Origin: Paraflavisolibacter caeni
GTDB lineage: Bacteria > Bacteroidota > Bacteroidia > Chitinophagales > Chitinophagaceae
NCBI RefSeq assembly: GCF_025628885.1
Contig: NZ_JAOTIF010000001.1
Span: forward strand, 763,751-787,750
Length of the DNA stretch: 24,000 nucleotides
Direction: 5' to 3'
In this document: positions 8,508 through 20,400 of the stretch, piece by piece
Layout of the letters: each line of letters begins with the position of its first letter
Position numbering within the stretch: position 1 is the first letter of the stretch
Made by a program: the position numbers and the translations under genes
Notes under the pieces: model-generated
Seen by the model: the letters and a program-made list of their open reading frames with translations, nothing else
Database searches by the model: none
Told to the model about the DNA's origin: nothing

Positions 8508-9332
8508 TCATTCAGCAACAATGAATGTAATGGGTTGTTTCCGGTAAGCATTTACGTTACGTCCGTTTTGAATGGCAGGCGTCCATTGTGGTCCTCTTTT
8601 GATGACCCGTATAGCTTCTTCTTCCATTCCATAACCATGGTTCGTTAATGCTTTTACATCACTGATATTTCCTTGCTTATCTACGATGAATTGAACAACA
8701 ACGGTATAAGATCCGTTAGGTGCTCCGTTTTCAGCCGGCGTATTGCTATTCAGTTTGTTTTGCAGGTAGCGTGACCAGGCACTTAAACCACCTGGGAATT
8801 CAGCTTCTATCTCAACTTTGTCGAAAATTTCTGGTTCATTTTCTTTTGCTTTGGGAACTTCCACTACATTCTTATTATCGTCTATAACTGGTGGCGTTGC
8901 AAGACCCGGATCTTTAGTACCTTTTATATTTACTACGTCAATCTTTGTATCAGCCAGTGTTGTGACATCAGGTGGAAGATCTTCTTTCTTCACCTGATCG
9001 TCTTCTACAATTTTAATATTTGTAAGCTTAGTATGTTCCACTTGCGGTACTTCTTGTTTTGGTGGTGTAATAGGAGGGGGATCCGGTTTCTTATCATCTG
9101 TTTTAATTTCTTCTATCACAACATCTCTTATATCAATTTTTGCATCATTTTTCTCTATCGGTTTAGCAAAAGATGCAATAAACAGAAATGCAGCAAGACT
9201 GCCAGTAATGGCCAAAGCAGTAATAATGCGGCTGTTGTATGTCTTTCTTAAATTGTAAGCTCCGTAATCTTTGTTCCTGTTCTCAAAGAGAATGTCAAGA
9301 ATGTCGGCTTTTAAAATTTTGGTTGCGTCCAT
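8508..9332 (-). CDS. Energy transducer TonB family protein
   Basis: N-terminal TM segment, Pro-rich KKPDPPPITPPKQEVP spacer and C-terminal TonB domain (YTVVVQFIVDKQGNISDVKALTNHGYGMEEEAIRVIKRGPQWTPAIQNGRNVNAYRKQPITFIV). Confidence 0.93.
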   Translation of the reverse strand: MDATKILKADILDILFENRNKDYGAYNLRKTYNSRIITALAITGSLAAFLFIASFAKPIEKNDAKIDIRDVVIEEIKTDDKKPDPPPITPPKQEVPQVEHTKLTNIKIVEDDQVKKEDLPPDVTTLADTKIDVVNIKGTKDPGLATPPVIDDNKNVVEVPKAKENEPEIFDKVEIEAEFPGGLSAWSRYLQNKLNSNTPAENGAPNGSYTVVVQFIVDKQGNISDVKALTNHGYGMEEEAIRVIKRGPQWTPAIQNGRNVNAYRKQPITFIVAE

Positions 9333-9466
9333 ATGTTAAGTTTATTATTGAGATATAACTTTTGTTTTTTTCCATAAACCTTTCAAGAATTTTTTTAATT
9401 ACTGCATGTGCAATCAACGGTTATACAAGCCAGTTTTCGCTTAGCTGTTTATAATAGACTATTGTG

Positions 9467-9474
9467 TAATTTTG
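9467..9474 (+). promoter_or_regulatory. Candidate distal -7 box TAATTTTG of bioB
   Basis: Exact match to the Bacteroidota -7 consensus TAnnTTTG in the intergenic region; the -33 element is weak. Confidence 0.4.
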
Positions 9475-9566
9475 ACACAGCTGGAATTAGTAATTTATTT
9501 TTTCTACCTGCCATTGATTTATACATGTACTTTTTCTTCATGCGTTTAAGTTGCCAGGAATCCCTT

Positions 9567-9574
9567 TACTTTTG
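9567..9574 (+). promoter_or_regulatory. Candidate proximal -7 box TACTTTTG of bioB
   Basis: Exact match to TAnnTTTG about 25 nt before ATG 9599; TTTA (9545-9548) is a near-consensus -33 with an 18-nt spacer. Confidence 0.55.
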
Positions 9575-9598
9575 CTCCCTTTAAAATATCCTGAAACG

Positions 9599-10597
9599 AT
9601 GACCATACGCAATAACTGGACGCTCCAGGAAGTATCCGAAATTTATAACCGGCCTTTATTGGACCTGGTTTTCCAGGCAGCACAGGTGCACAGAGAAAAT
9701 AATGCTTATAGTGAAGTGCAGGTGAGCAGCCTTATTTCAATAAAAACAGGTGGATGCACGGAAGATTGTGCCTACTGTCCACAGGCTGCCCGGTATAATA
9801 CTGATGTCCATGTACATGCGCTGATGCCGCTGGAAAAAGTAGTAGCGCATGCACAGAATGCAAAAGCCAATGGTGCCTCCAGGATCTGTATGGGCGCATC
9901 ATGGAGAGAAGTACGGGACAACCGTGATTTTGACAGGGTACTTGAAATGGTAACCGCTGTCAATGAAATGGGCGTTGAAGTATGCTGCACGCTGGGTATG
10001 TTGACGTATGAACAGGCGGAAAAATTAAAGGCTGCAGGTTGTTTTGCTTACAACCATAATGTAGATACCTCGGAAGATTATTACACAGAAATCATCTCCA
10101 CCCGTACCTATGATGACAGGCTGCATACATTAGAGAACGTACGTAAGGCTAAACTGACTGTATGCAGTGGTGGTATTATCGGGTTGGGTGAAACCAATGA
10201 AGACCGGATCAAGATGTTGCACACACTAGCCACCTTACCGGTACATCCGGATTCAGTTCCCATCAATGCATTGGTACCAGTAAAAGGGACTCCATTGGAA
10301 CACAACAAGCGGGTAGGTATCGATGAAATGCTCCGCATGATCGCGACTGCAAGAATCATCATGCCCAAAAGTGTTGTGCGCCTTTCCGCAGGCAGAAATG
10401 AAATGAGCCTGGCGGAGCAAGCACTTTGCTTTATGGCGGGTGCCAATTCGATCTTTTCTGGCGAAAAGTTGCTCACGACTCCGAACCCCGACGTCAACGA
10501 AGACAGGCTGATGTTCCAGTTGTTGGGGCTAACACCCAGGGCTCCGTTTAAGGATGTACAGCAGGAACATGCTCATTTGGTGTCAGAAAAGGGATGA
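9599..10597 (+). CDS. bioB: Biotin synthase
   Basis: Radical SAM motif [10 protein letters not shown]; [16 protein letters not shown] and [10 protein letters not shown] motifs. Start set at ATG 9599, not the TTG at 9551, which lies upstream of the candidate proximal promoter. Confidence 0.96.
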   Translation: MTIRNNWTLQEVSEIYNRPLLDLVFQAAQVHRENNAYSEVQVSSLISIKTGGCTEDCAYCPQAARYNTDVHVHALMPLEKVVAHAQNAKANGASRICMGASWREVRDNRDFDRVLEMVTAVNEMGVEVCCTLGMLTYEQAEKLKAAGCFAYNHNVDTSEDYYTEIISTRTYDDRLHTLENVRKAKLTVCSGGIIGLGETNEDRIKMLHTLATLPVHPDSVPINALVPVKGTPLEHNKRVGIDEMLRMIATARIIMPKSVVRLSAGRNEMSLAEQALCFMAGANSIFSGEKLLTTPNPDVNEDRLMFQLLGLTPRAPFKDVQQEHAHLVSEKG

Positions 10598-10604
10598 GCG
10601 CGCC

Positions 10605-11738
10605 ATGATCCACACTCATTTGATAGATGAATACCTGTCTCAATCTTTGCAGAAAAGAGAGCAGGAAGGATTGCTGCGTCAATTAGCCTGCAATGAGGGG
10701 CTGATTGATTTTTGTTCCAATGATTATTTGGGATTGGCACAATCAAACTTATTGAGCCTGGATGGTACCGGATCACAAGAAGAGATGGCCTCCGGATCAA
10801 CAGGTTCCAGGCTTGTTTCCGGCAACTCTCCGTTAGCTGAAAAAACAGAACGCATAGTTGCCGGCTTTCACCATGCAGAAGCTGCACTTTTGTTCAATAC
10901 AGGTTATATGGCCAACCTGGGTTTGTGTTCCTGCATTGCCGATAAGCATAGCGTATTTATCTACGATGAACATATTCATGCAAGCATTATTGATGGCATG
11001 CGCCTAAGCCTGGCAAAACGCTTTAAGTTCAAACACAATGATGTGGATGATCTTCGCAAGAAGTTGAAGCAGGCGGAAGGAAAAGTATATGTTGTTATTG
11101 AATCGCTCTACTCAATGGATGGTGACCTGGCGCCTTTGCAGGAAATTTCAGATGTATGCAAAGAGCATAAGGCTGCATTGATCGTAGACGAAGCTCATGC
11201 TGTTGGTATCTATGGTGATCAGGGCAGGGGCTTGGTATGTCATCATCAGTTGGAAAACGATGTATGGGCACGCATCATCACCTTTGGCAAAGCACTTGGT
11301 TGTCATGGGGCCGCAGTGGTGGGTAGTTCCCTGCTGCGTGATTATTTGATCAATCATGCCCGCTCGTTTATTTACACAACTGCTATGCCTCCACATGCCT
11401 TTATAGTGATTCAAAGGTCATACCAGGAAATGGCAGTTGCACAAAGGGAAAAGCTGTTTGGGCTCATTCATCATTTTCAAAAAGTTGCCAGGGAGACATC
11501 AATAGAAGATGTACGCTTCCTGCTCAATCCTTCTCCGATACAGGGTGTTATCGTGCCGGGTAATGAACGGGTGAAACGGCTGGCCGAGTACGTAAGGCAA
11601 CAGGGTTTTTTTATGAAAGCTATTTTGTCGCCTACTGTGCCGGCAGGTTCCGAAAGGTTACGCATTTGCCTGCATGCTTTTAATTCTTGCAGGCAAATTG
11701 ATCAATTATTGACAGCCATAAAATTATTTTTAACATGA
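10605..11738 (+). CDS. bioF: 8-amino-7-oxononanoate synthase (PLP-dependent alpha-oxoamine synthase)
   Basis: IDFCSNDYLGLAQ, GSTGSRLVSGN, VIESLYSMDGDLAPL, IVDEAHAVGIYG, TFGKALGCHGA. Start ATG 10605 chosen downstream of the bioB stop. Confidence 0.95.
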   Translation: MIHTHLIDEYLSQSLQKREQEGLLRQLACNEGLIDFCSNDYLGLAQSNLLSLDGTGSQEEMASGSTGSRLVSGNSPLAEKTERIVAGFHHAEAALLFNTGYMANLGLCSCIADKHSVFIYDEHIHASIIDGMRLSLAKRFKFKHNDVDDLRKKLKQAEGKVYVVIESLYSMDGDLAPLQEISDVCKEHKAALIVDEAHAVGIYGDQGRGLVCHHQLENDVWARIITFGKALGCHGAAVVGSSLLRDYLINHARSFIYTTAMPPHAFIVIQRSYQEMAVAQREKLFGLIHHFQKVARETSIEDVRFLLNPSPIQGVIVPGNERVKRLAEYVRQQGFFMKAILSPTVPAGSERLRICLHAFNSCRQIDQLLTAIKLFLT

Positions 11739-12379
11739 ACCTGGTAGTTGCAGGCATCCATACAGGTATAGGTAAAACTGTTTGTTCTGCAGTCATGGTC
11801 CAGGCACTTGGATATGATTATTGGAAACCAGTGCAGGCCGGAGACCTTGATGCATCTGATAGTTTGTTTATCAAAAAGAATGTTGTCAATAATGATATCA
11901 ATATTCACCAGGAAGCATTTTGCCTGACACAAGCAGCATCTCCGCATTATGCTGCAAAAGAGGATCAGGTTTCTATTACGCTGGAAGGGATTACGATACC
12001 CTCTTCGGATCTTCCTATTATTGTAGAAACAGCTGGTGGTGTGATGACACCTTTGAGTGAATCTTTATTGAATATTGATTTGATCAGACATTTAAATCTT
12101 CCTGTAGTATTGGTTTCCAACAATTACTTAGGAAGCATCAATCATACTTTACTGAGTGTACAGGCATTGAGTCTTGCAGGTGCACGCCCACTGGGCATTG
12201 TGTTTAGTGGTGAAGAGGTTTTGTCTACAAGAGAATTTATTCTTCAATATACAGGTTTGCCTTTGCTCTTTTCCATCCCGCAGTTTGAACAATTGAACAA
12301 GGAAACCATTGCTGAATTTGCTACATCTATTTCTGGCGATCTAAAAACAAAGCTTTATGAACTGGGCAGAGAAAGATAA
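11735..12379 (+). CDS. bioD: Dethiobiotin synthetase
   Basis: GIHTGIGKTVCSAVM P-loop, YWKPVQAG, VETAGGVMTPL; ATGA overlap with bioF. Confidence 0.93.
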   Translation: MNLVVAGIHTGIGKTVCSAVMVQALGYDYWKPVQAGDLDASDSLFIKKNVVNNDINIHQEAFCLTQAASPHYAAKEDQVSITLEGITIPSSDLPIIVETAGGVMTPLSESLLNIDLIRHLNLPVVLVSNNYLGSINHTLLSVQALSLAGARPLGIVFSGEEVLSTREFILQYTGLPLLFSIPQFEQLNKETIAEFATSISGDLKTKLYELGRER

Positions 12380-13646
12380 AGCGTACATATGGCATCCATT
12401 CACACAGATGAAGTTAGCCGGTGAGGCTATTCATATCGAAAGAGCAGAAGGTTGTTACCTGTATAGCTCTAATGGAGATCAATACCTGGACGGCATTTCA
12501 TCCTGGTGGGTCAACATACATGGACATGCCCATCCTTACATAGCAGAGAAGATTGCACAGCAATGTCTTCAGTTAGAGCATGTGATCTTTGCGGGGTTTA
12601 CCCATACGCCTGCTATTAAACTTGCTGAAAAATTATTAGCACTATTACCAGGAAGTTTTTCCAAAGTATTTTATTCTGATAATGGTTCCACTGCAGTTGA
12701 GGTGGCCTTGAAAATGGCGTTGCAGTACTGGTATAATAAGGGTGAGATTGGAAAGACTAAGATCATCGCGTTTGAAGATGCTTATCATGGAGATACATTC
12801 GGCGCTATGTCTGTAGGGGCAAGAAGTGTATTTACTGCAGCCTTCCAGGAGTTGTTGTTTGATGTAGTGCATATCCCTCTTCCTTCTGATGACAATATTG
12901 ATCAATGCACAGAAATGCTGCAGCAAATGACTTCGAAAGGAGATGTGGCTGCTTTTATTTTTGAACCCCTGGTATTGGGGGCAGCAGGCATGAAGATGTA
13001 CAAGCCGGAACATTTGGATATGCTACTTGCTGTGGCCAAAAGAAATGGTGTTTTATGTATTGCAGATGAAGTGATGACAGGCTTCGGGCGTAGCGGGAAG
13101 AACTTTGCTATTGAACACCTGGTTCATAGACCGGATATTATTTGTTTATCCAAAGGGATTACCGGTGGCTTTTTGCCTTTGTCTGTAACTATATGCACTG
13201 AAGATATTTATCAGGCTTTTTATTCCGATGAAGCAACGAAGGCATTGTTTCATGGGCACTCTTATACTGCTAATCCGGTAGCCTGTGCAGCAGCCCTGGC
13301 GAGTATGGAAATATTGACGCAGCCGGAGACGCAGCAACAAATCAGGCTGATTGCGCAGGAGCATCATTCCTTTCTTCAAAATATCAAGGATCATCCTTTC
13401 ATTAAAGGTGCGCGGCAGACAGGAACTATACTGGCACTGGAAATCAAGACGACAGAAAATACTTCTTACTTTAATTTGATCAGGGATGATGCTTACAACT
13501 TTTGCCTTGGTAAAGGCGTGTTGTTACGTCCGCTGGGAAACATCATTTATTTCATGCCGCCATATTGTATTACACAAACTGAATTGCAACTTGTATATGG
13601 TGTAATCATAGACATGTTGCATTATTTACAAGAAAAATATACTTAA
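12357..13646 (+). CDS. bioA: Adenosylmethionine-8-amino-7-oxononanoate aminotransferase
   Basis: WHPFTQMK, DGISSWWVNIHGHAHP, FYSDNGSTAVEVALKMALQYW, IADEVMTGFGRSGK, LSKGITGG; overlaps bioD by 23 nt. Confidence 0.96.
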   Translation: MNWAEKDKAYIWHPFTQMKLAGEAIHIERAEGCYLYSSNGDQYLDGISSWWVNIHGHAHPYIAEKIAQQCLQLEHVIFAGFTHTPAIKLAEKLLALLPGSFSKVFYSDNGSTAVEVALKMALQYWYNKGEIGKTKIIAFEDAYHGDTFGAMSVGARSVFTAAFQELLFDVVHIPLPSDDNIDQCTEMLQQMTSKGDVAAFIFEPLVLGAAGMKMYKPEHLDMLLAVAKRNGVLCIADEVMTGFGRSGKNFAIEHLVHRPDIICLSKGITGGFLPLSVTICTEDIYQAFYSDEATKALFHGHSYTANPVACAAALASMEILTQPETQQQIRLIAQEHHSFLQNIKDHPFIKGARQTGTILALEIKTTENTSYFNLIRDDAYNFCLGKGVLLRPLGNIIYFMPPYCITQTELQLVYGVIIDMLHYLQEKYT

Positions 13647-13663
13647 GTTTTAAAACACTAATC

Positions 13664-14272
13664 ATGCAAGCACTATTACATAAAATCATTGAGCAGCCTG
13701 AACTTCATGCTTATTGGCTGAATACATTGTCCATGATGGAAAATGTAGGAGCCAAAAAGATCAAGAAGTGTGAGCACCCGATTTTCGTTAATGAAGTGAT
13801 CTTAAAACATGCATCAGAAGAAGCCAGGCATGCTTTTTACTTGAAAAAGCAAATACAAAAGATCCGCAAAGATGCATGTCCTACTTATGAATGGCAGTAC
13901 CTGTTAGCTCCTAAATCAAGTTATGCTTATTTGAATCAATTGGACATTGATGTTTGTCGCTATTTAAAATCGAAGCATGAGTTGAAGCATGAGCGTTTAA
14001 AATATGCAGCTTACCTGTTGGTGACCTATGCCATTGAAGTAAGAGCCGATGAATTATATCCCATTTACCAGGATGTGTTACGTGCATATAAGAGTCCTGT
14101 AAGTGTGCGCAACATCATTGCTGAAGAACAGAATCACCTGGAAGAAATGGAAAAGCAACTGAAAGCTTTTTCAAGTGAGTGGGAAGAAATGTGCCGTGTA
14201 GTTCGTGAAATTGAAAGCAAGTTACATAGTGTGTGGATCGAGAATTTACATCAAGAGCTCGGGTTGTCGTAG
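13664..14272 (+). CDS. Small protein with a putative ferritin-like di-iron site, co-directional with bioA
   Basis: 202 aa; helical segments carry E26, E53xxRH56 (SEEARHAF), E125 (YAIEVRADELY) and E155xxH158 (AEEQNHLEEM), the E/ExxH/E/ExxH pattern of ferritin-like di-iron proteins. 17 nt after bioA. Confidence 0.75.
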   Translation: MQALLHKIIEQPELHAYWLNTLSMMENVGAKKIKKCEHPIFVNEVILKHASEEARHAFYLKKQIQKIRKDACPTYEWQYLLAPKSSYAYLNQLDIDVCRYLKSKHELKHERLKYAAYLLVTYAIEVRADELYPIYQDVLRAYKSPVSVRNIIAEEQNHLEEMEKQLKAFSSEWEEMCRVVREIESKLHSVWIENLHQELGLS

Positions 14273-14297
14273 TAATGCTTCCCAATCCGGATAAAGT

Positions 14298-14333
14298 ACA
14301 ACCCTGGCCTCCGGGAACAGATGCCAGGGTTGT
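14298..14333. terminator. Bidirectional terminator hairpin between the bio operon and thiH
   Basis: 11-bp perfect stem acaaccctggc (14298-14308) / gccagggttgt (14323-14333) between convergent transcription units. Confidence 0.85.
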
Positions 14334-14338
14334 TACAT

Positions 14339-15469
14339 TCAGGAAAAGAGTTTATTGGACTGGAAGTTTTTATCCCAATCTTTCCATATTGGTTCATAAC
14401 CTTGCTTTTCAATGATTGTAGCCATTTCTGCGGCAGATCGCTCGTCGCTGATCTCGAACTGTTCCAGAGTGTCGGGGTCAACAGAATAGCCACCAGGATT
14501 GGTTTTAGAGCCTGCACTTATAGTGGTTGTTCCCAGTTTTAATATATGGTTCCTGAATTTTTCAGTCTCTCTTGTTGATATAGATATTTCTACATCTTCA
14601 TTGAGTAATCTGTAGGCACAGATCAACTGTACCAGCTCCCTGTCTTTGATCAGGTGGTCTGTAATATCAACACCTTCTGCAGGCCTGATCCGCGGGAAAG
14701 AAATGGAATATTTTGTCTGCCAGTATCTCTTCTGCAAGTAATCCAGGTGCAAAGCACAAAAGAAGCTATCCGTGCGCCAGTCTTCAAGTCCCAGCAACAC
14801 ACCAAGGCCAATTTTATGCATGCCTGCCCGGCCTATACGGTCTGGTGTTTCCAGTCGGTAATAGAAGTTAGACTTCTTGCCTTTCAAATGGTAATTCCTG
14901 TATGCTTCTTTGTGGTAGGTTTCCTGGTACACCAGCACAGAGTAAACACCTGCTTCATGAAGGGTTTTATATTCATCCTGCTCCAGTGGTTGCACTTCGA
15001 TGGATATGTTGGCAAAATGAGGCTTGATGATGTCTATCGCTTTTAGAAAATAATCCACATGCACGGTATGGTTGGCTTCGCCTGTGACCAGTAAGATATG
15101 CTGAAAGCCGTGCTTTTTGATCTCATTGATCTCCTGTAAGATCTCTGCGGCAGAAAGGGTTTTGCGTTTGATCTTATTGTTAAAGCTAAAGCCACAGTAG
15201 GTGCAAATGTTATTACATTCATTACTCAGGTACATGGGTGCGAAGAGCTGAATGGTATTGCCAAAACGTTTTTGGGTTGTTTGGTGGCTTATTTGGGCCA
15301 TTCGCTCCAGGTAGGGTTCAGCGGCAGGGGAGATCAAGGCTTTGAAGTCTTCCAGTGTACGCCTGGGGGCAGCTAAAGCAGCTTCCACATCTGCTTCCGT
15401 TTTCAGCAAAATAGATGAAGCAACTTCATCCCAGTTATAGCGGTCGAAATGCTCTTTAAAGGTCATCAT
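14339..15469 (-). CDS. thiH: 2-iminoacetate synthase (radical SAM)
   Basis: [21 protein letters not shown] radical SAM motif; ThiH family C-terminus; overlaps thiG by 14 nt. Confidence 0.95.
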   Translation of the reverse strand: MMTFKEHFDRYNWDEVASSILLKTEADVEAALAAPRRTLEDFKALISPAAEPYLERMAQISHQTTQKRFGNTIQLFAPMYLSNECNNICTYCGFSFNNKIKRKTLSAAEILQEINEIKKHGFQHILLVTGEANHTVHVDYFLKAIDIIKPHFANISIEVQPLEQDEYKTLHEAGVYSVLVYQETYHKEAYRNYHLKGKKSNFYYRLETPDRIGRAGMHKIGLGVLLGLEDWRTDSFFCALHLDYLQKRYWQTKYSISFPRIRPAEGVDITDHLIKDRELVQLICAYRLLNEDVEISISTRETEKFRNHILKLGTTTISAGSKTNPGGYSVDPDTLEQFEISDERSAAEMATIIEKQGYEPIWKDWDKNFQSNKLFS

Positions 15470-16232
15470 ATAAGAATTCAGTTAATGGACTTGAGGCAAT
15501 GGCACCTTTTATTGCTTTAGACAGTTTGGCCTCATAGGCCATTCTGCCGGCTTCTACAGCCAGTTTAAAAGCTGAAGCCATTTGTACAGGGTTGCCTGCC
15601 ACAGCTATGGCCGTATTAACCAGCACTGCATCAGCTCCCATTTCCATTGCTTTAGCCGCATGGGAAGGTGCGCCAATACCCGCATCAATAATTACAGGTA
15701 CATTACTTTGTTCAATGATGATCTCTAAAAAATCAAATGTTTTTAACCCTTTGTTACTGCCAATAGGTGAGCCCAATGGCATCACTGCAGCTGTTCCTGC
15801 TTCTTCCAACCTTTTACACAAAACCGGGTCGGCATGTATATAAGGGAGAACAATAAATCCCAGTTTTGCCAATTCTTCAGTGGCTTTTAAAGTTTCGATG
15901 GGATCAGGCAATAGGTATTTAGGGTCTGGATGGATCTCCAGCTTTACCAAGTTTGTTTCCAATGCTTCCCTGGCCAGTTGGGCAGCAAATACTGCTTCTT
16001 TAGCATTGCGTACTCCGGAAGTATTGGGCAGTAAGTTGATGTGCGGATGATGCAGATGTGCCAACAGAGAATCTGTTTCTGTTTCGAAATCGATCCGTTT
16101 CATGGCCACAGTAACCAGTTCTGTTCCTGAAGCCAGTACAGCTTCTTCCATTCTTTGTGGAGAGCCGAATTTGCCGGTGCCTAAAAAAAGCCGTGAATTG
16201 AACTGGCAATTACCTATTGTAAGCTTTTGCAT
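15456..16232 (-). CDS. thiG: Thiazole synthase
   Basis: [67 protein letters not shown]. Confidence 0.96.
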   Translation of the reverse strand: MQKLTIGNCQFNSRLFLGTGKFGSPQRMEEAVLASGTELVTVAMKRIDFETETDSLLAHLHHPHINLLPNTSGVRNAKEAVFAAQLAREALETNLVKLEIHPDPKYLLPDPIETLKATEELAKLGFIVLPYIHADPVLCKRLEEAGTAAVMPLGSPIGSNKGLKTFDFLEIIIEQSNVPVIIDAGIGAPSHAAKAMEMGADAVLVNTAIAVAGNPVQMASAFKLAVEAGRMAYEAKLSKAIKGAIASSPLTEFLYDDL

Positions 16233-16851
16233 ACAAGGAAGAATTTAGTTGTTGAACAATTTGTTTTTTATGGTCGTGATGAGTGATGGCTCCTGAAATG
16301 GCTATGCCGTAGAGGCCTGTTTGCATGATGGACTCAACATCTTCAGGCAGTATGCCGCCAATTGCATAAAGAGGTATACTGATACCCTCTGCGTTCATTT
16401 TATTGATCAATATTTCATAACCTGGTAACCCTAAAACAGGACTTAGCTTTTCCTTGGTCTTCGTAAAACGGAAAGGCCCTACACCTACATAATGACAGCC
16501 TTCCCGGTAGCGCTGCAGCACATCTTCAAAAGTATTGGCAGTGCCTCCGATGATCATTTGATCACCAACGATCTTTTTTGCTTCCGCTACAGGCATATCC
16601 TGCAAACCCAGGTGTACGCCATCTGCATGCACAGCCTTTGCAATGTCGGCGTGGTCATTTACGATGAAAGTGGCTTCGAGATCATAACATAATTTTCTTG
16701 CAATTGCTGCTACTTTCAGGAGTTCTGATGGTTGGGCCTTTTTAAAGCGCAACTGAATCCAGGTGCAGCCACCATCCAGTGCTTCCTGGATATTTTTTAT
16801 TTGCTCATTGGCTGTATTACCTTGCGATATGTATTGAAGTTTAGAAAACAT
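16210..16851 (-). CDS. thiE: Thiamine phosphate synthase
   Basis: [59 protein letters not shown]. Confidence 0.9.
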   Translation of the reverse strand: MFSKLQYISQGNTANEQIKNIQEALDGGCTWIQLRFKKAQPSELLKVAAIARKLCYDLEATFIVNDHADIAKAVHADGVHLGLQDMPVAEAKKIVGDQMIIGGTANTFEDVLQRYREGCHYVGVGPFRFTKTKEKLSPVLGLPGYEILINKMNAEGISIPLYAIGGILPEDVESIMQTGLYGIAISGAITHHDHKKQIVQQLNSSLYAKAYNR

Positions 16852-17596
16852 GATAACTTAAGAGTGAAGAGTTACTTAATAAAACTTTTTCCGTATAACT
16901 TTTTGCTTTTCTGCAGGCAGTGATCAAATCATTGCCTCTGGCTAGTTGTGCCGCGATCGCTGAAGAAAGAATGCAGCCAGACCCATGTTTTGGAAATATT
17001 TTCGAAGTGCCGGGATATAGCCTGGTCACTTCTGTTTTCATAAAAAGGTAATCAACGCCGGGTTCATCTTCATTATGGCCACCCTTTAATAAAACATTGC
17101 AGTATTGAGACAGTTTTTTTGCCGCTTCTATGGCGTCTGTCTCATTTACCAATTGAACGATTTCTTTGTAGTTTGGCGTGATCAATTCCAAATTCTGTAA
17201 TAGCTGGTACAATAGGATTTCATCAACCCCCTGCTGCCAAAAGCTGAATTCAGTTGTTGAGCGAATGACAGGATCCACAATGATCTTGATGTTGCTGCTT
17301 TTTTGATGAATCACAGAAACTAACTGGTGTAGTGATCCAAGGTTTTGTACGATACCGATCTTCACAGCGGCAACCTCGTAATGGGAAAGCATCCTGGATA
17401 CTGCATCCAGGATGTTTATATCTTTTTCCCATCGTATCGAGTAAAAAGCATTTTCTGTTTGCACAGTTTGGGCCGTTGATATGCCTAAGCCATACACTTC
17501 ATGTTGCTCGAAGACCTTGATGTCGGCAAGCAGACCTGCACCCCCACAGGGATCCAGGCCTGCAATACTCAACACTATAGGACGATTGAATTCCAT
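16841..17596 (-). CDS. thiD: Hydroxymethylpyrimidine/phosphomethylpyrimidine kinase
   Basis: VLSIAGLDPCGGAGLLADIKVFEQHEVYGLGISTAQTVQ, VDPVI, LITPNYKE, KHGSGCILSSAIAAQLARG. Confidence 0.94.
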   Translation of the reverse strand: MEFNRPIVLSIAGLDPCGGAGLLADIKVFEQHEVYGLGISTAQTVQTENAFYSIRWEKDINILDAVSRMLSHYEVAAVKIGIVQNLGSLHQLVSVIHQKSSNIKIIVDPVIRSTTEFSFWQQGVDEILLYQLLQNLELITPNYKEIVQLVNETDAIEAAKKLSQYCNVLLKGGHNEDEPGVDYLFMKTEVTRLYPGTSKIFPKHGSGCILSSAIAAQLARGNDLITACRKAKSYTEKVLLSNSSLLSYHVF

Positions 17597-18174
17597 GTTT
17601 TTTTTATTTTTCGGAAACTTTTAACCGGATCATTGTTTTGCCAGACTGAACCTAATATTGCCACACCATGAAAGCCCATTTGCAAGGCATCCTCCAGGTT
17701 GTTTTCCCGGATTCCTCCAATCGCTATCAACTTTGTTCCTGGTGAAGGAAGCTTTGTTTCTTTTGAGATCGTGGATTCATATCCTTGCTTTGATATGCTG
17801 TTAAATACAGGGCCCAAAAAAGCATACGCAAAACAGCAGGATAAATTATCTGCTTCCTCTACCTGGTGGATAGAAGTCGTTAAGAGAAAACCACCCTGTT
17901 GTAATGCCTGCCATTCCACCTGGGTACTGCATCTTCTTTTTGACTCAGTATAGTGTAAGCGCATCGTCCCCAACATGCTTGCCAGATGATGATGCGCATG
18001 CAAGGATATTTTGCTCCGATGTTCAGGATCTACCTGTTCCACTAATTGTTGCAATGCTGATGCAGTTGCTTCCGGTTTGCGCAAATGGAAGATTTCCATG
18101 CCTTCATTAAATAAGGCATTGATCATCTCTGCTTCATTTTGGATCATTGCTGCATCAGAAATTACAATCAACAT
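17575..18174 (-). CDS. ThiE/TenI-family protein (candidate thiazole tautomerase or divergent ThiE paralog)
   Basis: TIM-barrel motifs IFHLRKPE, TTSIHQVEEA, FLGPVFNSISK, LIAIGGI; lacks the VNDxxDIA...ADGVHLG motif. Start ATG 18174 is 1 nt after the thiC stop; the longer ORF start at 18342 overlaps thiC. Confidence 0.8.
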   Translation of the reverse strand: MLIVISDAAMIQNEAEMINALFNEGMEIFHLRKPEATASALQQLVEQVDPEHRSKISLHAHHHLASMLGTMRLHYTESKRRCSTQVEWQALQQGGFLLTTSIHQVEEADNLSCCFAYAFLGPVFNSISKQGYESTISKETKLPSPGTKLIAIGGIRENNLEDALQMGFHGVAILGSVWQNNDPVKSFRKIKKTWNSIVL

Positions 18175-18175
18175 G

Positions 18176-20264
<2,089 letters not shown>

Positions 20265-20323
20265 TCCGGTATAAGGTTAAAAATTGACACTTTAGGAATG
20301 GACGAAACGAAGTAATATGGATC

Positions 20324-20395
20324 ACTTTTCCCTTCGCTGGCATTATCCAGATCAGGTTCGAGGGTATCATCTCAGCCTTTCGGCACCCCTAAAGT
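20324..20395 (-). promoter_or_regulatory. TPP riboswitch (THI element)
   Basis: Minus strand: actttaggggtgccgaaaggCTGAGATgataccctcGAACCTGATCTGGataatgccAGCGAAGGGAaaagt, matching TPP aptamer conserved segments; upstream of thiS/thiC. Confidence 0.96.
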
Positions 20396-20400
20396 TGGCA

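Noticed and set aside
9551-9598. Extended TTG start of bioB ([16 protein letters not shown])
   Set aside because: It overlaps the candidate -7 box TACTTTTG; BioB homology starts near ATG 9599.
13664-14272. Call of TenA (thiaminase II) for the gene after bioA, suggested by the adjacent thiamin operon
   Set aside because: No TenA signature; the gene is on the bio strand, before the terminator, and its ExxH/ExxH pattern suggests a ferritin-like di-iron protein.
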